A DNA stretch of 27,893 bases. Origin: Puniceicoccaceae bacterium. Its GTDB lineage: Bacteria > Verrucomicrobiota > Verrucomicrobiia > Opitutales > Oceanipulchritudinaceae. The position numbers and the translations under genes are program-made. Numbering within the stretch: the first letter of the stretch is position 1; each line of letters starts with the position of its first letter. The notes under the pieces are model-generated. The model did no database searches. It was not told the DNA's origin and was given only the letters and a program-made list of their open reading frames with translations. Below, piece after piece: positions 1-8,872 of the stretch. Location of the stretch: the NCBI GenBank assembly GCA_040830765.1, contig JBFOMH010000016.1, positions 1 to 27,893 of the forward strand. Reading direction: 5' to 3'.

Positions 1-1322
1 AGCAGGTGCTTGTGTATCGGCTCGGGATGTCACCGGTGTGGAAGGGGATCATCATCATGATATTCCGGATCTGGGACGCTTTTTCGGCTCCAATCATGGG
101 CTGGATATCCGACAACTCACGGACCCGATGGCGGCGTCGCCGCCCTTACATGTTTTTCGGAACCCTGGTCATGGCTGCCTTGCTGCCCTTCGTCTGGCGA
201 TTCAACGAGAACTGGGACATGATCCACATTGCCATCTGGTTTACCCTTTTCGGGATGATCACCTCAACGGCGACGACGGTCTTCAATATTCCCTACCAAA
301 CCTTGAAGATGGAGATGACACCGGACTACAACGAGCGAACCAGCATTAACACTTATGCCGCGGTAGTCTCCTCGATCTTCGCTATCGCGATCAGCCCCTG
401 GATATGGAAGATGACTCAATTACCCTTCTTCACAGGCCAATCGCCCGGGGAGGAGCCCAATACACTCTACGGGATTCGAAACCTTGCCTTCTGGTTCGCC
501 GGTTTCGCCGTTATTCTGGGAATGCTGCCGACATTCTTTTGCAAGGAACGATACTACAAGAACGCCTCCAAGCAAAAGAAGGAATCCATTCTAAAGAGCT
601 TAAGGCTGACCTTCTCCAGTAAACCGTTCATTTTAATGCTAGGCATCATCCTGGCGAGTAACCTGGAGAGTCTGGTCGTCGGAATGGGTGGTTATATCAG
701 TCTCTATTATGTCTTTGGAGGAGACAAGGTGTTCGCAGCCTCTTTCATGGGATTTGCCGGTACTGCGGGAGGATTCATCGGCCTTGCCTGCGCCCCGCTC
801 TTCGGTGGACTAGCCAAGCGAATCGGAAAAGAGAAGGCTCTGCTTGTGGTGACGGCCATCCATATCTTGATGGTCTTGTCGGTCCTTGTTTTTTATAATC
901 CCAACTATCCCATGCTGGCGGCGATTCCCGCCGTTCTGGCTGGGCCCATGACTACGGCCTTCTGGGTGATCGTTCCTTCGATGAAAGCCGATATTATTGA
1001 CGAGGACGAGCTCAGAACCGGTGAACGGAGGGAGGGTTCCTTCGAATCGATCTTCTCGTGGTTCCTACGGTTCACCATGACGGTCTTCGGAGGGATTTCC
1101 GGTTTTTTCGTGGTGTGGCTTGGGTTTGACATTGAACTGGGAGTAAACCAGGAAGAGGGGGTATTCCGGAACATGATTTTGGTAATGGCATTGATTCCCG
1201 GGGTGCTGGCCGCCCTGCAGTTCTATATCATCATGAAGTGGCCCTTGACAGCAGACAGGATGGCGGAAATCCGTACCGAGCTGGAAAAGCGCCGGGGCGA
1301 GATTGACATGATGAAGGATTGA
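1..1322 (+). CDS. GPH (MelB-like) glycoside/cation MFS symporter, 5'-truncated by the window edge
   Basis: Many hydrophobic segments and GPH motifs RIWDAF..P.MGWISDNSRTRW.RRRP, PYQTLKMEMTPDYNERT, ADIIDEDELRTGERREG. The frame is open upstream of the GTG at 6 (CAG GTG = QV), aligning to internal 'QQVLVY' of the paralogue at 3865-5349, so the true start lies outside the window. Confidence 0.92.
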   Translation, partial: QVLVYRLGMSPVWKGIIIMIFRIWDAFSAPIMGWISDNSRTRWRRRRPYMFFGTLVMAALLPFVWRFNENWDMIHIAIWFTLFGMITSTATTVFNIPYQTLKMEMTPDYNERTSINTYAAVVSSIFAIAISPWIWKMTQLPFFTGQSPGEEPNTLYGIRNLAFWFAGFAVILGMLPTFFCKERYYKNASKQKKESILKSLRLTFSSKPFILMLGIILASNLESLVVGMGGYISLYYVFGGDKVFAASFMGFAGTAGGFIGLACAPLFGGLAKRIGKEKALLVVTAIHILMVLSVLVFYNPNYPMLAAIPAVLAGPMTTAFWVIVPSMKADIIDEDELRTGERREGSFESIFSWFLRFTMTVFGGISGFFVVWLGFDIELGVNQEEGVFRNMILVMALIPGVLAALQFYIIMKWPLTADRMAEIRTELEKRRGEIDMMKD

Positions 1323-1391
1323 ACTTCCGATTCATGTGATATCAAGGCAAGTAACACAGGGTAGGGATTCTCCTGAAACGCAAAATCGAGT

Positions 1392-1411
1392 ATGTTCGCT
1401 GCTGCGAATCG
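1392..1411. promoter_or_regulatory. Candidate operator, TTCG-N6-CGAA copy 1 (ATGTTCG CTGCTG CGAATCG)
   Basis: Exact core at 1395-1408, 112 nt upstream of the TonB receptor ATG; the same core recurs in other upstream regions. Confidence 0.6.
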
Positions 1412-1523
1412 ATTGAGGGCAAGGAACTGATTTCGGCTCGAACTCCGAAAACAGGTTCGAATCCTTGGCGTCGCTAGGGCAATAATTACTCCTATTGCTC
1501 GCTTAACAAAACAATACGCCAAA

Positions 1524-3770
1524 ATGAAAAACAAATTAAGAATACCCCTATCTCTGGTATTGGCCATAGCTGTACCATATGGGATGTACGCCCAATCCAG
1601 CACAGGTAATAACGATGATGATGTGATTGAGTTGTCACCCTTTGAGGTGAATACCACGGATGATCGGGGTTACCTGGCTTCCACCCAGGTTACCGGGACG
1701 CGCCTTAATATGCCCATTAGGGACCTGCCCTTTTTCCTTTCCGTTGTCACTGAAGAGCTGCTCATCGATACGGCGGCCCAGTCCCTCTCGGAGTCAGTCC
1801 GGTTCATTCCGGGTGTGCAACCTCGTCCGACAGCGAATTATCATGATACGGGATTCTTCATGCGCGGGCAGCAGGTCAACTTCATCTACCGGAATGGGTT
1901 GCGTCTGTACCGGACGCCCAGCACGGACAACATAGAACGTGTTGAAGTCCTGAAAGGCCCGGCCTCGGTCCTGTTTGGTGAATCCTCCCCGGGTGGAGCC
2001 ATTAACTTCATTGCGAAAAAGGCACGCTTTGCCAATAACGCTTCATTACAGCTGCAGCTTGGCGATTTTAATCGAATGAAGGGCGTGGTTGATGTGAATT
2101 CCGTTGTCAGGGATGACAAGCTCGCAATCCGCATGGTAGGCTCCTATGAGCAAGGTGACTCCTTTACCGATTACGAGGAAAACACCCGCTGGATGTTCGC
2201 ACCCTCATTGGTTTACAGACCCTTTGATGGCACAAAAATCGAGATCAGTTATGAAGTATATGATATCAAGCGGGATGGTGTTCTCTGGAATGGGCATTAT
2301 GCTTGGAGAGGCCCTGATAACCTAGGAGGTACTGCTCCTGATGGGAGTACAAATGCCATCACTGAAGTCCATCCAAGCGTTAAACTAAGTGATAATCCAT
2401 TCCCGAATGGTTTCTACGATTCACAGAATCATGTATTTATCGCTTCATGGGAACAGGAACTTACCGATTGGCTGATAAACCGCTTCGCTTATGCTTATGC
2501 AGATGGAGATAATGAAAGTGCAGGTTCACCGGTCAACGATCGACCTCTGGTCGTTGGCAGCCCCGGTGATGACAACTATATTTTTGACCCGGACACGTTC
2601 AATCTGATTGTTGCCCGTAAAAGTGCAAACAGGAATACCGACTGGCTTCTACGGGATGAACTGGTTGCCACTTACGAGGGCCTTGGTGGAACGCATACCG
2701 TTCTTCTGGGCTATGAGTCAGTGGAGGCAGTTTTCCAACGCAAGCGGATGACGCAGAACAACAAATACAGGGATAACGATAATCCCTATGCGATCGCATG
2801 GAATGCAAAAACCAAGGAGCACTATGGTATGGCTGAACCCGGTGCGATTAATTTGCGTAACGAAGAAATGTTTGCGGACATCCACCAGCGGGGTGACAGA
2901 ACAGGTGTATATTTTAATCTGCAGAGCCGAATGGTCGATGACAGGCTGGTAATGATGGGGGGGCTTCGCCGCCACAATTATAAGCGTTACAACCTGCTCA
3001 ATGATCCAGGTAACCGGTATGACGGTAAGACAAGTGATACAACACCACAGGTTGGAGCGTCCTTTGAGATTACTCCCGATGTCAGTGTCTTTGGCAGCTA
3101 CAGTGAATCCTATTTGCCGCAGATCGGTCTCGATGCAGCTGGCAATGCATTTGATCCGCTGGCAGGCGAAGGATACGAAGCCGGTGTGAAGGTAGAGCTC
3201 ATGGATGGGAAACTTGTGGGTACGGTATCCTATTTTGACAGTACTCTCGGAGGATTGCTTCGCTTCGACTGGAACTTTGTAAGACCCGACGGAGGTACAG
3301 GAGGCGTCTTCTCAAGTGGTAAGGAGCAATCAACTGGTGTTGATTTTGATTTGGTCTATTCCCCCATTCCAAACTGGCAGACTGTTATCGGCCTTACCCT
3401 GCTGGATACGGAAGTCGTCAGTAACGCACAAACGCCAGCAATCGTCGGCTTGCCGACGATTAATGCGGCGGATCAGTATTTCACGCTGTGGAGCAAATAT
3501 AGCTTCACGGAAGGAGGTATGGATGGATTCTGGATCGCTGGTGGTCTTTCCTACACCGGCGGTGACCGTATCACCCGTTATAACTGGGCCTTCAAAAACG
3601 GAAGTTACACCCTGGTAGATCTTGCCGCCGGCTACAAGTTCTCGGCGGGTGAAATGCCGATGGAACTTCAAGTCAATCTCAAGAACCTGACCGACGAGCG
3701 GTACTTTGTGCATGAGTCCATGCCGGGTCGTCCGCTTGAGTGGCAGGTGACCCTGCGGATGGAGTTTTAA
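1524..3770 (+). CDS. TonB-dependent outer membrane receptor
   Basis: Signal peptide, 'VIELSPFEV...GYLASTQVTGTRLN' N-terminus, plug motif 'NIERVEVLKGPASVLFG..SPGG.IN', C-terminal 'LQVNLKNLTDERY' and terminal Phe. Confidence 0.95.
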   Translation: MKNKLRIPLSLVLAIAVPYGMYAQSSTGNNDDDVIELSPFEVNTTDDRGYLASTQVTGTRLNMPIRDLPFFLSVVTEELLIDTAAQSLSESVRFIPGVQPRPTANYHDTGFFMRGQQVNFIYRNGLRLYRTPSTDNIERVEVLKGPASVLFGESSPGGAINFIAKKARFANNASLQLQLGDFNRMKGVVDVNSVVRDDKLAIRMVGSYEQGDSFTDYEENTRWMFAPSLVYRPFDGTKIEISYEVYDIKRDGVLWNGHYAWRGPDNLGGTAPDGSTNAITEVHPSVKLSDNPFPNGFYDSQNHVFIASWEQELTDWLINRFAYAYADGDNESAGSPVNDRPLVVGSPGDDNYIFDPDTFNLIVARKSANRNTDWLLRDELVATYEGLGGTHTVLLGYESVEAVFQRKRMTQNNKYRDNDNPYAIAWNAKTKEHYGMAEPGAINLRNEEMFADIHQRGDRTGVYFNLQSRMVDDRLVMMGGLRRHNYKRYNLLNDPGNRYDGKTSDTTPQVGASFEITPDVSVFGSYSESYLPQIGLDAAGNAFDPLAGEGYEAGVKVELMDGKLVGTVSYFDSTLGGLLRFDWNFVRPDGGTGGVFSSGKEQSTGVDFDLVYSPIPNWQTVIGLTLLDTEVVSNAQTPAIVGLPTINAADQYFTLWSKYSFTEGGMDGFWIAGGLSYTGGDRITRYNWAFKNGSYTLVDLAAGYKFSAGEMPMELQVNLKNLTDERYFVHESMPGRPLEWQVTLRMEF

Positions 3771-3802
3771 GTTCCAGAGACAGTTTAGGACTTGTTTCCA
3801 CC

Positions 3803-3834
3803 AAAGCGACCCTCCAAGGGGGGTCGCTTTTTTT
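3803..3834 (+). terminator. Rho-independent terminator after the TonB receptor gene, possibly bidirectional
   Basis: Perfect 10-bp inverted repeat AAAGCGACCC (3803-3812) / GGGTCGCTTT (3821-3830) running into a T-tract, between convergent genes. Confidence 0.85.
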
Positions 3835-3864
3835 CGTTCGCTTTTTCCGCTCAGACTTGAGGCC

Positions 3865-5349
3865 TCAGGTATTGATTCTGCCCCTGCGGTCTTCCAGGGC
3901 CGCCCGTATGTCAGCCATCCTTTGAGCGGGCAACGGCCATTTCATGACCAGGAAGAATTGGGCAACCCCGAAAACCGCCGGAACCAGTGCCATGAAAACC
4001 TTCAAGTTCCGAAAAACGCCCTCAGCCTGGTTGGTTTCCAGCTCAATCCTGAAACCGAGCAACAGGACAATAATTCCAGCCATTCCCGCCGATACCGTCA
4101 GCACCAATCGAAGGGCCCATGCCAATATGGCCAGGAAGGAACCCTCCCGCCGTTCGCCCGTTCTCAACTCGTCCTCATCGACAACATCCGCCTGCATGGA
4201 TGGAACGATTACCCAGAATGCGCCCACCACAAGTCCGTTCAGGATCCCGGGGACAATCGATAACCAGGGCCAGTTTGGATTGTAACAAACGAGGATAGAT
4301 AGCGTTATCAGTACATCGGCAAGGGTCACGATGAGGAGAGCCCGTTCCTTGCCGATTCGCTTAGCCACCAATCCGATAAGCGGAGCCGAAAACAATCCCG
4401 TAAAACCACCGATGGTTCCGGCCCAACCCATGACGGTTGCAGCCTGTATCTTGTCCCCGCCAAACACATAGTATACGCTCAAATACCCGCCCATACCAAG
4501 GACCAGGCCTTCAATATGACTGACAAATATGATACCCAGCAGCAAACGGAATGGTTTGCTTTTGAAGGTGAGCCTGATGGTGGAAATCAGTTTTTCCTTT
4601 TTCTGATGGGACGCTGTCTTGTAATACCGTTCCTTGGAGACAGACAGGGCGATCAATCCAAGTAAAAGTGCTAATCCACCGAATACTACCGAAAGGTTAC
4701 GGATGCCAATGAGGGTGTTGGGTTCTTCTCCCGCTTCCTGGCCCGTAAAGAGCGGAAGTTGTGTCATTTTCCACACCCAGGGGGCTATCAGGATGGTAAA
4801 CAGCGAGCTGATGACCATGATGTAGACATTCAAACTTGTTCGCTCATTGTAATCCGGCGTCATTTCCATCTTCAGCGCCTGGTATGGAACGTTGAAAATT
4901 GAGGCAGCGGTGGAGATAATCATGCCGAAAAGGGTGATCCACAGGGCAATGTAGATAAGGTTCCAATTTTCGTTGAAGCGCCAGACAAAGGGTAGAAGCG
5001 CGGCCATCAAAATACAGCCCATTAGCATGAAAGGCCGTCTGCGGCCCCATCGGGTACGGGTGTTATCCGAAAACCACCCGATGAATGGATCAATAAGGGC
5101 ATCCCATATCCGAAAGGTCATGATGATGAGGGTATTCCATGCCGGTGACATGTGCATGCCGTACACCAGAACCTGCTGCAGTTGGTTCTCGATTACGTGG
5201 TTCACCAACATTATGGACTGGTTGCCTAACCCAAAAAGACCTTTTTCATGAATGGGGATTTTGTCTTCTTCAGCTGTTTTTCGAATCGAAAACTGGCCCC
5301 CCTGCGGGGCGGCATTTACTGGGTCTTCCGTAGGGTTCGTGGATGGCAT
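3865..5349 (-). CDS. GPH (MelB-like) glycoside/cation MFS symporter, paralogue of the first gene
   Basis: Motifs RIWDALIDPFIGWFSDNTRTRWGRRRPF, PYQALKMEMTPDYNERT, ADVVDEDELRTGERREG; multiple hydrophobic segments. Confidence 0.93.
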   Translation of the reverse strand: MPSTNPTEDPVNAAPQGGQFSIRKTAEEDKIPIHEKGLFGLGNQSIMLVNHVIENQLQQVLVYGMHMSPAWNTLIIMTFRIWDALIDPFIGWFSDNTRTRWGRRRPFMLMGCILMAALLPFVWRFNENWNLIYIALWITLFGMIISTAASIFNVPYQALKMEMTPDYNERTSLNVYIMVISSLFTILIAPWVWKMTQLPLFTGQEAGEEPNTLIGIRNLSVVFGGLALLLGLIALSVSKERYYKTASHQKKEKLISTIRLTFKSKPFRLLLGIIFVSHIEGLVLGMGGYLSVYYVFGGDKIQAATVMGWAGTIGGFTGLFSAPLIGLVAKRIGKERALLIVTLADVLITLSILVCYNPNWPWLSIVPGILNGLVVGAFWVIVPSMQADVVDEDELRTGERREGSFLAILAWALRLVLTVSAGMAGIIVLLLGFRIELETNQAEGVFRNLKVFMALVPAVFGVAQFFLVMKWPLPAQRMADIRAALEDRRGRINT

Positions 5350-5473
5350 GGGGGCTAGGGGTGAGGCGAGAGGGCTTTACATGAATGTCAAACAAGGCTT
5401 TGCAGGGAACTGCAGCGTATCTTTCGTGGACGAGAACTCCCTGACAAGGCGAACAGCCGTATCTTCCACATTT

Positions 5474-5493
5474 CGCTTCGCCTTTCCGAAATT
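5474..5493. promoter_or_regulatory. Candidate operator, TTCG-N6-CGAA copy 2 (CGCTTCG CCTTTC CGAAATT)
   Basis: Exact core at 5477-5490 in the divergent MFS/GH39 spacer, 74 nt before the GH39 ATG. Confidence 0.55.
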
Positions 5494-5567
5494 CACTTTC
5501 AACCTCTCCACCTCTCAGGCTTGCTTTTTTATCCAAGCCCTGTGGGATTCCCAGAGAGTAAGCATCC

Positions 5568-7127
5568 ATGAATATCGATTCGACAAAGAAAGCCCCTCCG
5601 CTGAAGCATCCCTGGAGTAAATGTATCACGGTGGGGCGTGGCTACGAGCTTCTGCGTGCCGACCTGCAGGAGCACCTGCGCTTCCTGCAAAAGGAGTTTG
5701 GCTACCGGCATATCCGCTTCCATGCCTCCTTCCACGACGATGTGGATGTCGTGCAGAAGCTTCCGGACGGGGAAATTGTCTACCGATGGACCCAATTGGA
5801 TCACATCTATGACTTCCTCATGGAGGCGGGATTTGATCCGATTGTTGAAATCAACCCCATGCCCACCGCCCTGGCTTCGGGGGACAAGACCTTTTTCTGG
5901 TACAAGATGAACATCACTCCGCCGGCGTCATACCGGGAATGGGAACACTTCCTTCAGGCCTACATCGAACACACCGTGGAGCGCTACGGCATTGAACGGG
6001 TCCGTCGCTGGTATTTCGAAGTCTGGAACGAACCCAACCTGCGCGACAATTTCTGGACCGGGACGATGGAGGAATACTACGAGTTATATGCCTCCTGTGC
6101 CCGGGTCATCAAAGGGTTTGATTCGGCATTAAGCATCGGTGGACCCGCCTCGGCGGGCGGAACGGAAATGCTCCCGTTTTTGCACTGGTGCAGGGAACGG
6201 GATGTCCCGGTCAACTTTGTCAGCTACCACAGCTATCCACAGGGGGAAACTTCTTCCTACCGCAGCGCTGCAGAAAGCCCGAGCGAACCGGGGATGCATT
6301 TTGTGGATGGTGCCATTCAATGGAAGCAGGAGTTGGATGAGGCGGGGTTTGGCGACCTGCCGCTATTCATGACCGAGTGGAACAGCCAGGCCCACGGTCC
6401 GGACTGGAAGGCGGTCTGGGTGGGTAACGAATACGTCAATAACCTCTTTGCGGGTGCAGCCGTCTGCCACCTTGCGCACAGCTGTGACGATGCCCTGGAT
6501 GTCATGGGTTGGTGGGTGGCCAGTGATGTCTTTGAAGAGGGAGGTCCCCAGGTGGAGCCCTACGGAAACCGCTTTCAATATTACGGCATGCTGACAATTG
6601 ATGGGGTGCCCAAAAGCAGTTATCACGCGTTCAAGTTCATGAACCGCATGCGTGGGGAACGATATGCCGTCTCAATTCCGGAAGGCAACCCAGCAACGCG
6701 CGGAGCCATTGTGACCGATGAACGCTCCTGTACCCGCGCCCTCATCTGGAATTGCGTTTTTCCCCACGTCTCAGGCGAAATTTGGGAACAGACAATTGAG
6801 CTGCCCGTGCCGGTTAACATGAGATCGCGAAAGGAGATCCGGGTAACCCTGGCGCAGGTCAAGGAAGGCCTTGGAAGTGCTTATGAGTATTGGAAGTCCA
6901 TGGGCGCTCCGGCGAATCTCACCCGTATCGAGCAGGAACTTCTCGCTGCCCGGGCAGAGCCTGCCTACACCTCCTCCATGGTCGAGGTCATTGATGGCAA
7001 GGTGGTTGTTCCCGTCACCTTAAGGCAAAATGAATTTGTCTTCATAGAAGTCGGGGGGGATCCTTCCGGAAAGGCCGCCCTGAAAAGCGAGGAACAGGCT
7101 GCCTTAAATGAAGCACTGATGGTGTAG
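5568..7127 (+). CDS. Glycoside hydrolase family 39 (beta-xylosidase-like)
   Basis: GH39 hallmarks: GYRHIRFH, 'ERYGIERVRRWYFEVWNEPN' (acid/base Glu), IGGPA, FVSYHSY, 'MTEWNS' (nucleophile Glu), SDVFEE, 'GVPKSSYHAF'. No signal peptide. Confidence 0.9.
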   Translation: MNIDSTKKAPPLKHPWSKCITVGRGYELLRADLQEHLRFLQKEFGYRHIRFHASFHDDVDVVQKLPDGEIVYRWTQLDHIYDFLMEAGFDPIVEINPMPTALASGDKTFFWYKMNITPPASYREWEHFLQAYIEHTVERYGIERVRRWYFEVWNEPNLRDNFWTGTMEEYYELYASCARVIKGFDSALSIGGPASAGGTEMLPFLHWCRERDVPVNFVSYHSYPQGETSSYRSAAESPSEPGMHFVDGAIQWKQELDEAGFGDLPLFMTEWNSQAHGPDWKAVWVGNEYVNNLFAGAAVCHLAHSCDDALDVMGWWVASDVFEEGGPQVEPYGNRFQYYGMLTIDGVPKSSYHAFKFMNRMRGERYAVSIPEGNPATRGAIVTDERSCTRALIWNCVFPHVSGEIWEQTIELPVPVNMRSRKEIRVTLAQVKEGLGSAYEYWKSMGAPANLTRIEQELLAARAEPAYTSSMVEVIDGKVVVPVTLRQNEFVFIEVGGDPSGKAALKSEEQAALNEALMV

Positions 7128-7167
7128 TCAAATTTTCATGGACCGCTGTTAGTCTTCCGCCGGCCCT

Positions 7168-7187
7168 CGATTCGGCACGGCGAATGA
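7168..7187. promoter_or_regulatory. Candidate operator, TTCG-N6-CGAA copy 3 (CGATTCG GCACGG CGAATGA)
   Basis: Exact core at 7171-7184 with extended ATTCG/CGAAT arms, 127 nt before the PEP-CTERM ATG. Confidence 0.65.
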
Positions 7188-7314
7188 TTCCAGGGACTTG
7201 GCTTGCTTTCCTTTTTACATGCCGGTCAGAGAGAAAAATACTCTGACTGAACCGACTAATCCGGGAATTTTCGACGGTCAGGGATTTCCGGGATGTCCAG
7301 CAGAAATCTATCCC

Positions 7315-8109
7315 ATGAAAAAGTATCTCCTTACGCTAATGCTCAGTGCCGCGGTTTCCCTTTCAGCACAGGTCTTCGATTTTTACGAAGGGTTTGACTA
7401 TACAGCCGGTGGAACAGCTACCGGATGGGCTGGCACCAATATTGAAGTGGTCGCGGGCAGTTTGAATTACACGGCAACCGGTGCTGCCTTGCCAGCCAGT
7501 GGGAACAGTCTCCGCATCGTGAATCCCCAGCGCGCCCTCTATGATGCCGTCACCGGCATACCCTACACCGATGCCACAACCCAGACGGTCTGGATCAGCT
7601 ATTTGATGAAGCCAGGCTATCTGGACGGCTACTATACCGTTTTTGAAACATCCCCCTCAAGCGACTTCACTGGAGCGGGTCCCCGTTCAATGGCCATCGG
7701 GCAGACGGATCTTGGTGGCGTTTTCAACGCGACTTTCAATCTTTCGATCAACAACAACAATGCCGGGCACGTGGAAATCGGTACTGAATTAACCGATACG
7801 GAGGTGAACCTTTTCGTCGTGAAAGTGGAAATGGTGAACGGCGGCCAGGACTCGGTGACGGCATGGAGAAACCCGACGGTTGCCCAACTGACGGGCGAGA
7901 CCGGGGGAACAACATTGACCATGGAAACCTTCAACGGCATTGATTACATCGGCCTGACCAATTTCAGCGGCAACGGTAATCCTATTTTCGACGAGATCCG
8001 CATGGGGCCCAGCCTCTCTTCCGTGGCTGTTCCGGAGCCCTCAACCTATGCGTTGATTGTCGGGCTCGCCGCTTTGCTTGCGCTTTATCAACGCCGCCGG
8101 ATGAATTGA
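7315..8109 (+). CDS. PEP-CTERM (exosortase-sorted) surface protein
   Basis: Likely start is ATG 7315 (MKKYLLTLMLSAAVSLSA signal peptide), not the TTG at 7198. C-terminus VPEPSTYALIVGLAALLALYQRRR has the PEP motif, a TM helix and a basic tail; the body is Thr/Gly-rich and Lys-poor. Confidence 0.93.
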   Translation: MKKYLLTLMLSAAVSLSAQVFDFYEGFDYTAGGTATGWAGTNIEVVAGSLNYTATGAALPASGNSLRIVNPQRALYDAVTGIPYTDATTQTVWISYLMKPGYLDGYYTVFETSPSSDFTGAGPRSMAIGQTDLGGVFNATFNLSINNNNAGHVEIGTELTDTEVNLFVVKVEMVNGGQDSVTAWRNPTVAQLTGETGGTTLTMETFNGIDYIGLTNFSGNGNPIFDEIRMGPSLSSVAVPEPSTYALIVGLAALLALYQRRRMN

Positions 8110-8864
8110 ACGGCGGCGTCCGCCCATTGGGTCTCGATGCTGAGCCCGGTCCCATGCCAGCCGACTTCGTAGCAATGGAGCTCGAAGGGGACCTTTGACG
8201 CACTGAGCGAGCGGGCAAAATCGAGGGAGTTCTCGACCGGGACCGGTTCGTCTCCAATGGCATGCCAGAGGAAGGTCGGGGGTGTGTCCGGATTGACCTT
8301 GGCAATGACATCCACTTCCCGGCGCTCATCCTCGGACGGGTTTTCCTTGCCGAGCAGGTTCTGCATGGAGCCATCATGGGCAAAGGGCGGCTGGCTGTGC
8401 AGGACGGGATAGCAGAGCAGGCCGTAATCGGGCCGCAGATGGAAGTCACTTTCAAATTCCCCATGGGCTGTCAGGCAATGGGCGGCCAGATGGCCGCCGG
8501 CTGAGTAGCCCAGGACGCCCAGTTTGTCGGGATCATAACCAAGTTCCGGGGCCATTTCGCGCACTGAGTGGATGGCGGCGAGGCCATCCTCGAGCATGGC
8601 CGGGTGCTGGACGCCGTCGGGCGCGGTTCGGTAATCCACCACGACAGCGGCGATGCCGCGGATGGCAAACCAATGAGCGGTGATGGGACCTTCATGGTCC
8701 GCCCGGCCGTGGTAGCCGCCGCCGGGGAAAATGACGAGGACATGACCGCTGGCATTGTAATCGTAAGGCTGGAAATAGTGCAGCATCGGGGCAGCGTTGG
8801 TTGTGCTGCCCGGCAACCCGGCTTGGAAAGACCGGGTCGGTTCCATGGGATTCATGTGGTTCAT
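8088..8864 (-). CDS. Alpha/beta-hydrolase carbohydrate esterase (BD-FAE/acetyl esterase-like)
   Basis: Oxyanion PGGGY, nucleophile elbow GYSAGGHLA, 'TPPTFLWH..GDEPVP' Asp and 'GWHG' His. Start could be a nearby downstream Met. Confidence 0.85.
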   Translation of the reverse strand: MNHMNPMEPTRSFQAGLPGSTTNAAPMLHYFQPYDYNASGHVLVIFPGGGYHGRADHEGPITAHWFAIRGIAAVVVDYRTAPDGVQHPAMLEDGLAAIHSVREMAPELGYDPDKLGVLGYSAGGHLAAHCLTAHGEFESDFHLRPDYGLLCYPVLHSQPPFAHDGSMQNLLGKENPSEDERREVDVIAKVNPDTPPTFLWHAIGDEPVPVENSLDFARSLSASKVPFELHCYEVGWHGTGLSIETQWADAAVQFIRRR

Positions 8865-8872
8865 ACGATGAC

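Noticed and set aside
1392..1411. Shared palindrome as a Verrucomicrobia LexA box
   Set aside because: As I recall it, that box is TGTTC-N4-GAACA. Spacing and arms differ here, and the downstream genes are sugar genes rather than SOS genes.
1454..1464. tRNA T-loop-like GGTTCGAATCC upstream of the TonB receptor
   Set aside because: No acceptor stem, D-arm, anticodon arm or CCA could be built around it, and the T-stem pairs for only 3 bp.
5386..5391. Perfect TTGACA on the minus strand upstream of the second MFS gene
   Set aside because: No credible -10 hexamer at 16-18 nt spacing, so it is not called as a promoter.
7173..7190. Sigma-54-like CGGCACG...ATGA upstream of the PEP-CTERM gene
   Set aside because: It lacks the conserved -12 GC dinucleotide, and the sequence is better explained as the spacer of palindrome copy 3.
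7198..7314. 39-codon N-terminal extension of the PEP-CTERM ORF from TTG 7198
   Set aside because: A clean signal peptide begins at ATG 7315, so the extension is probably non-coding leader.
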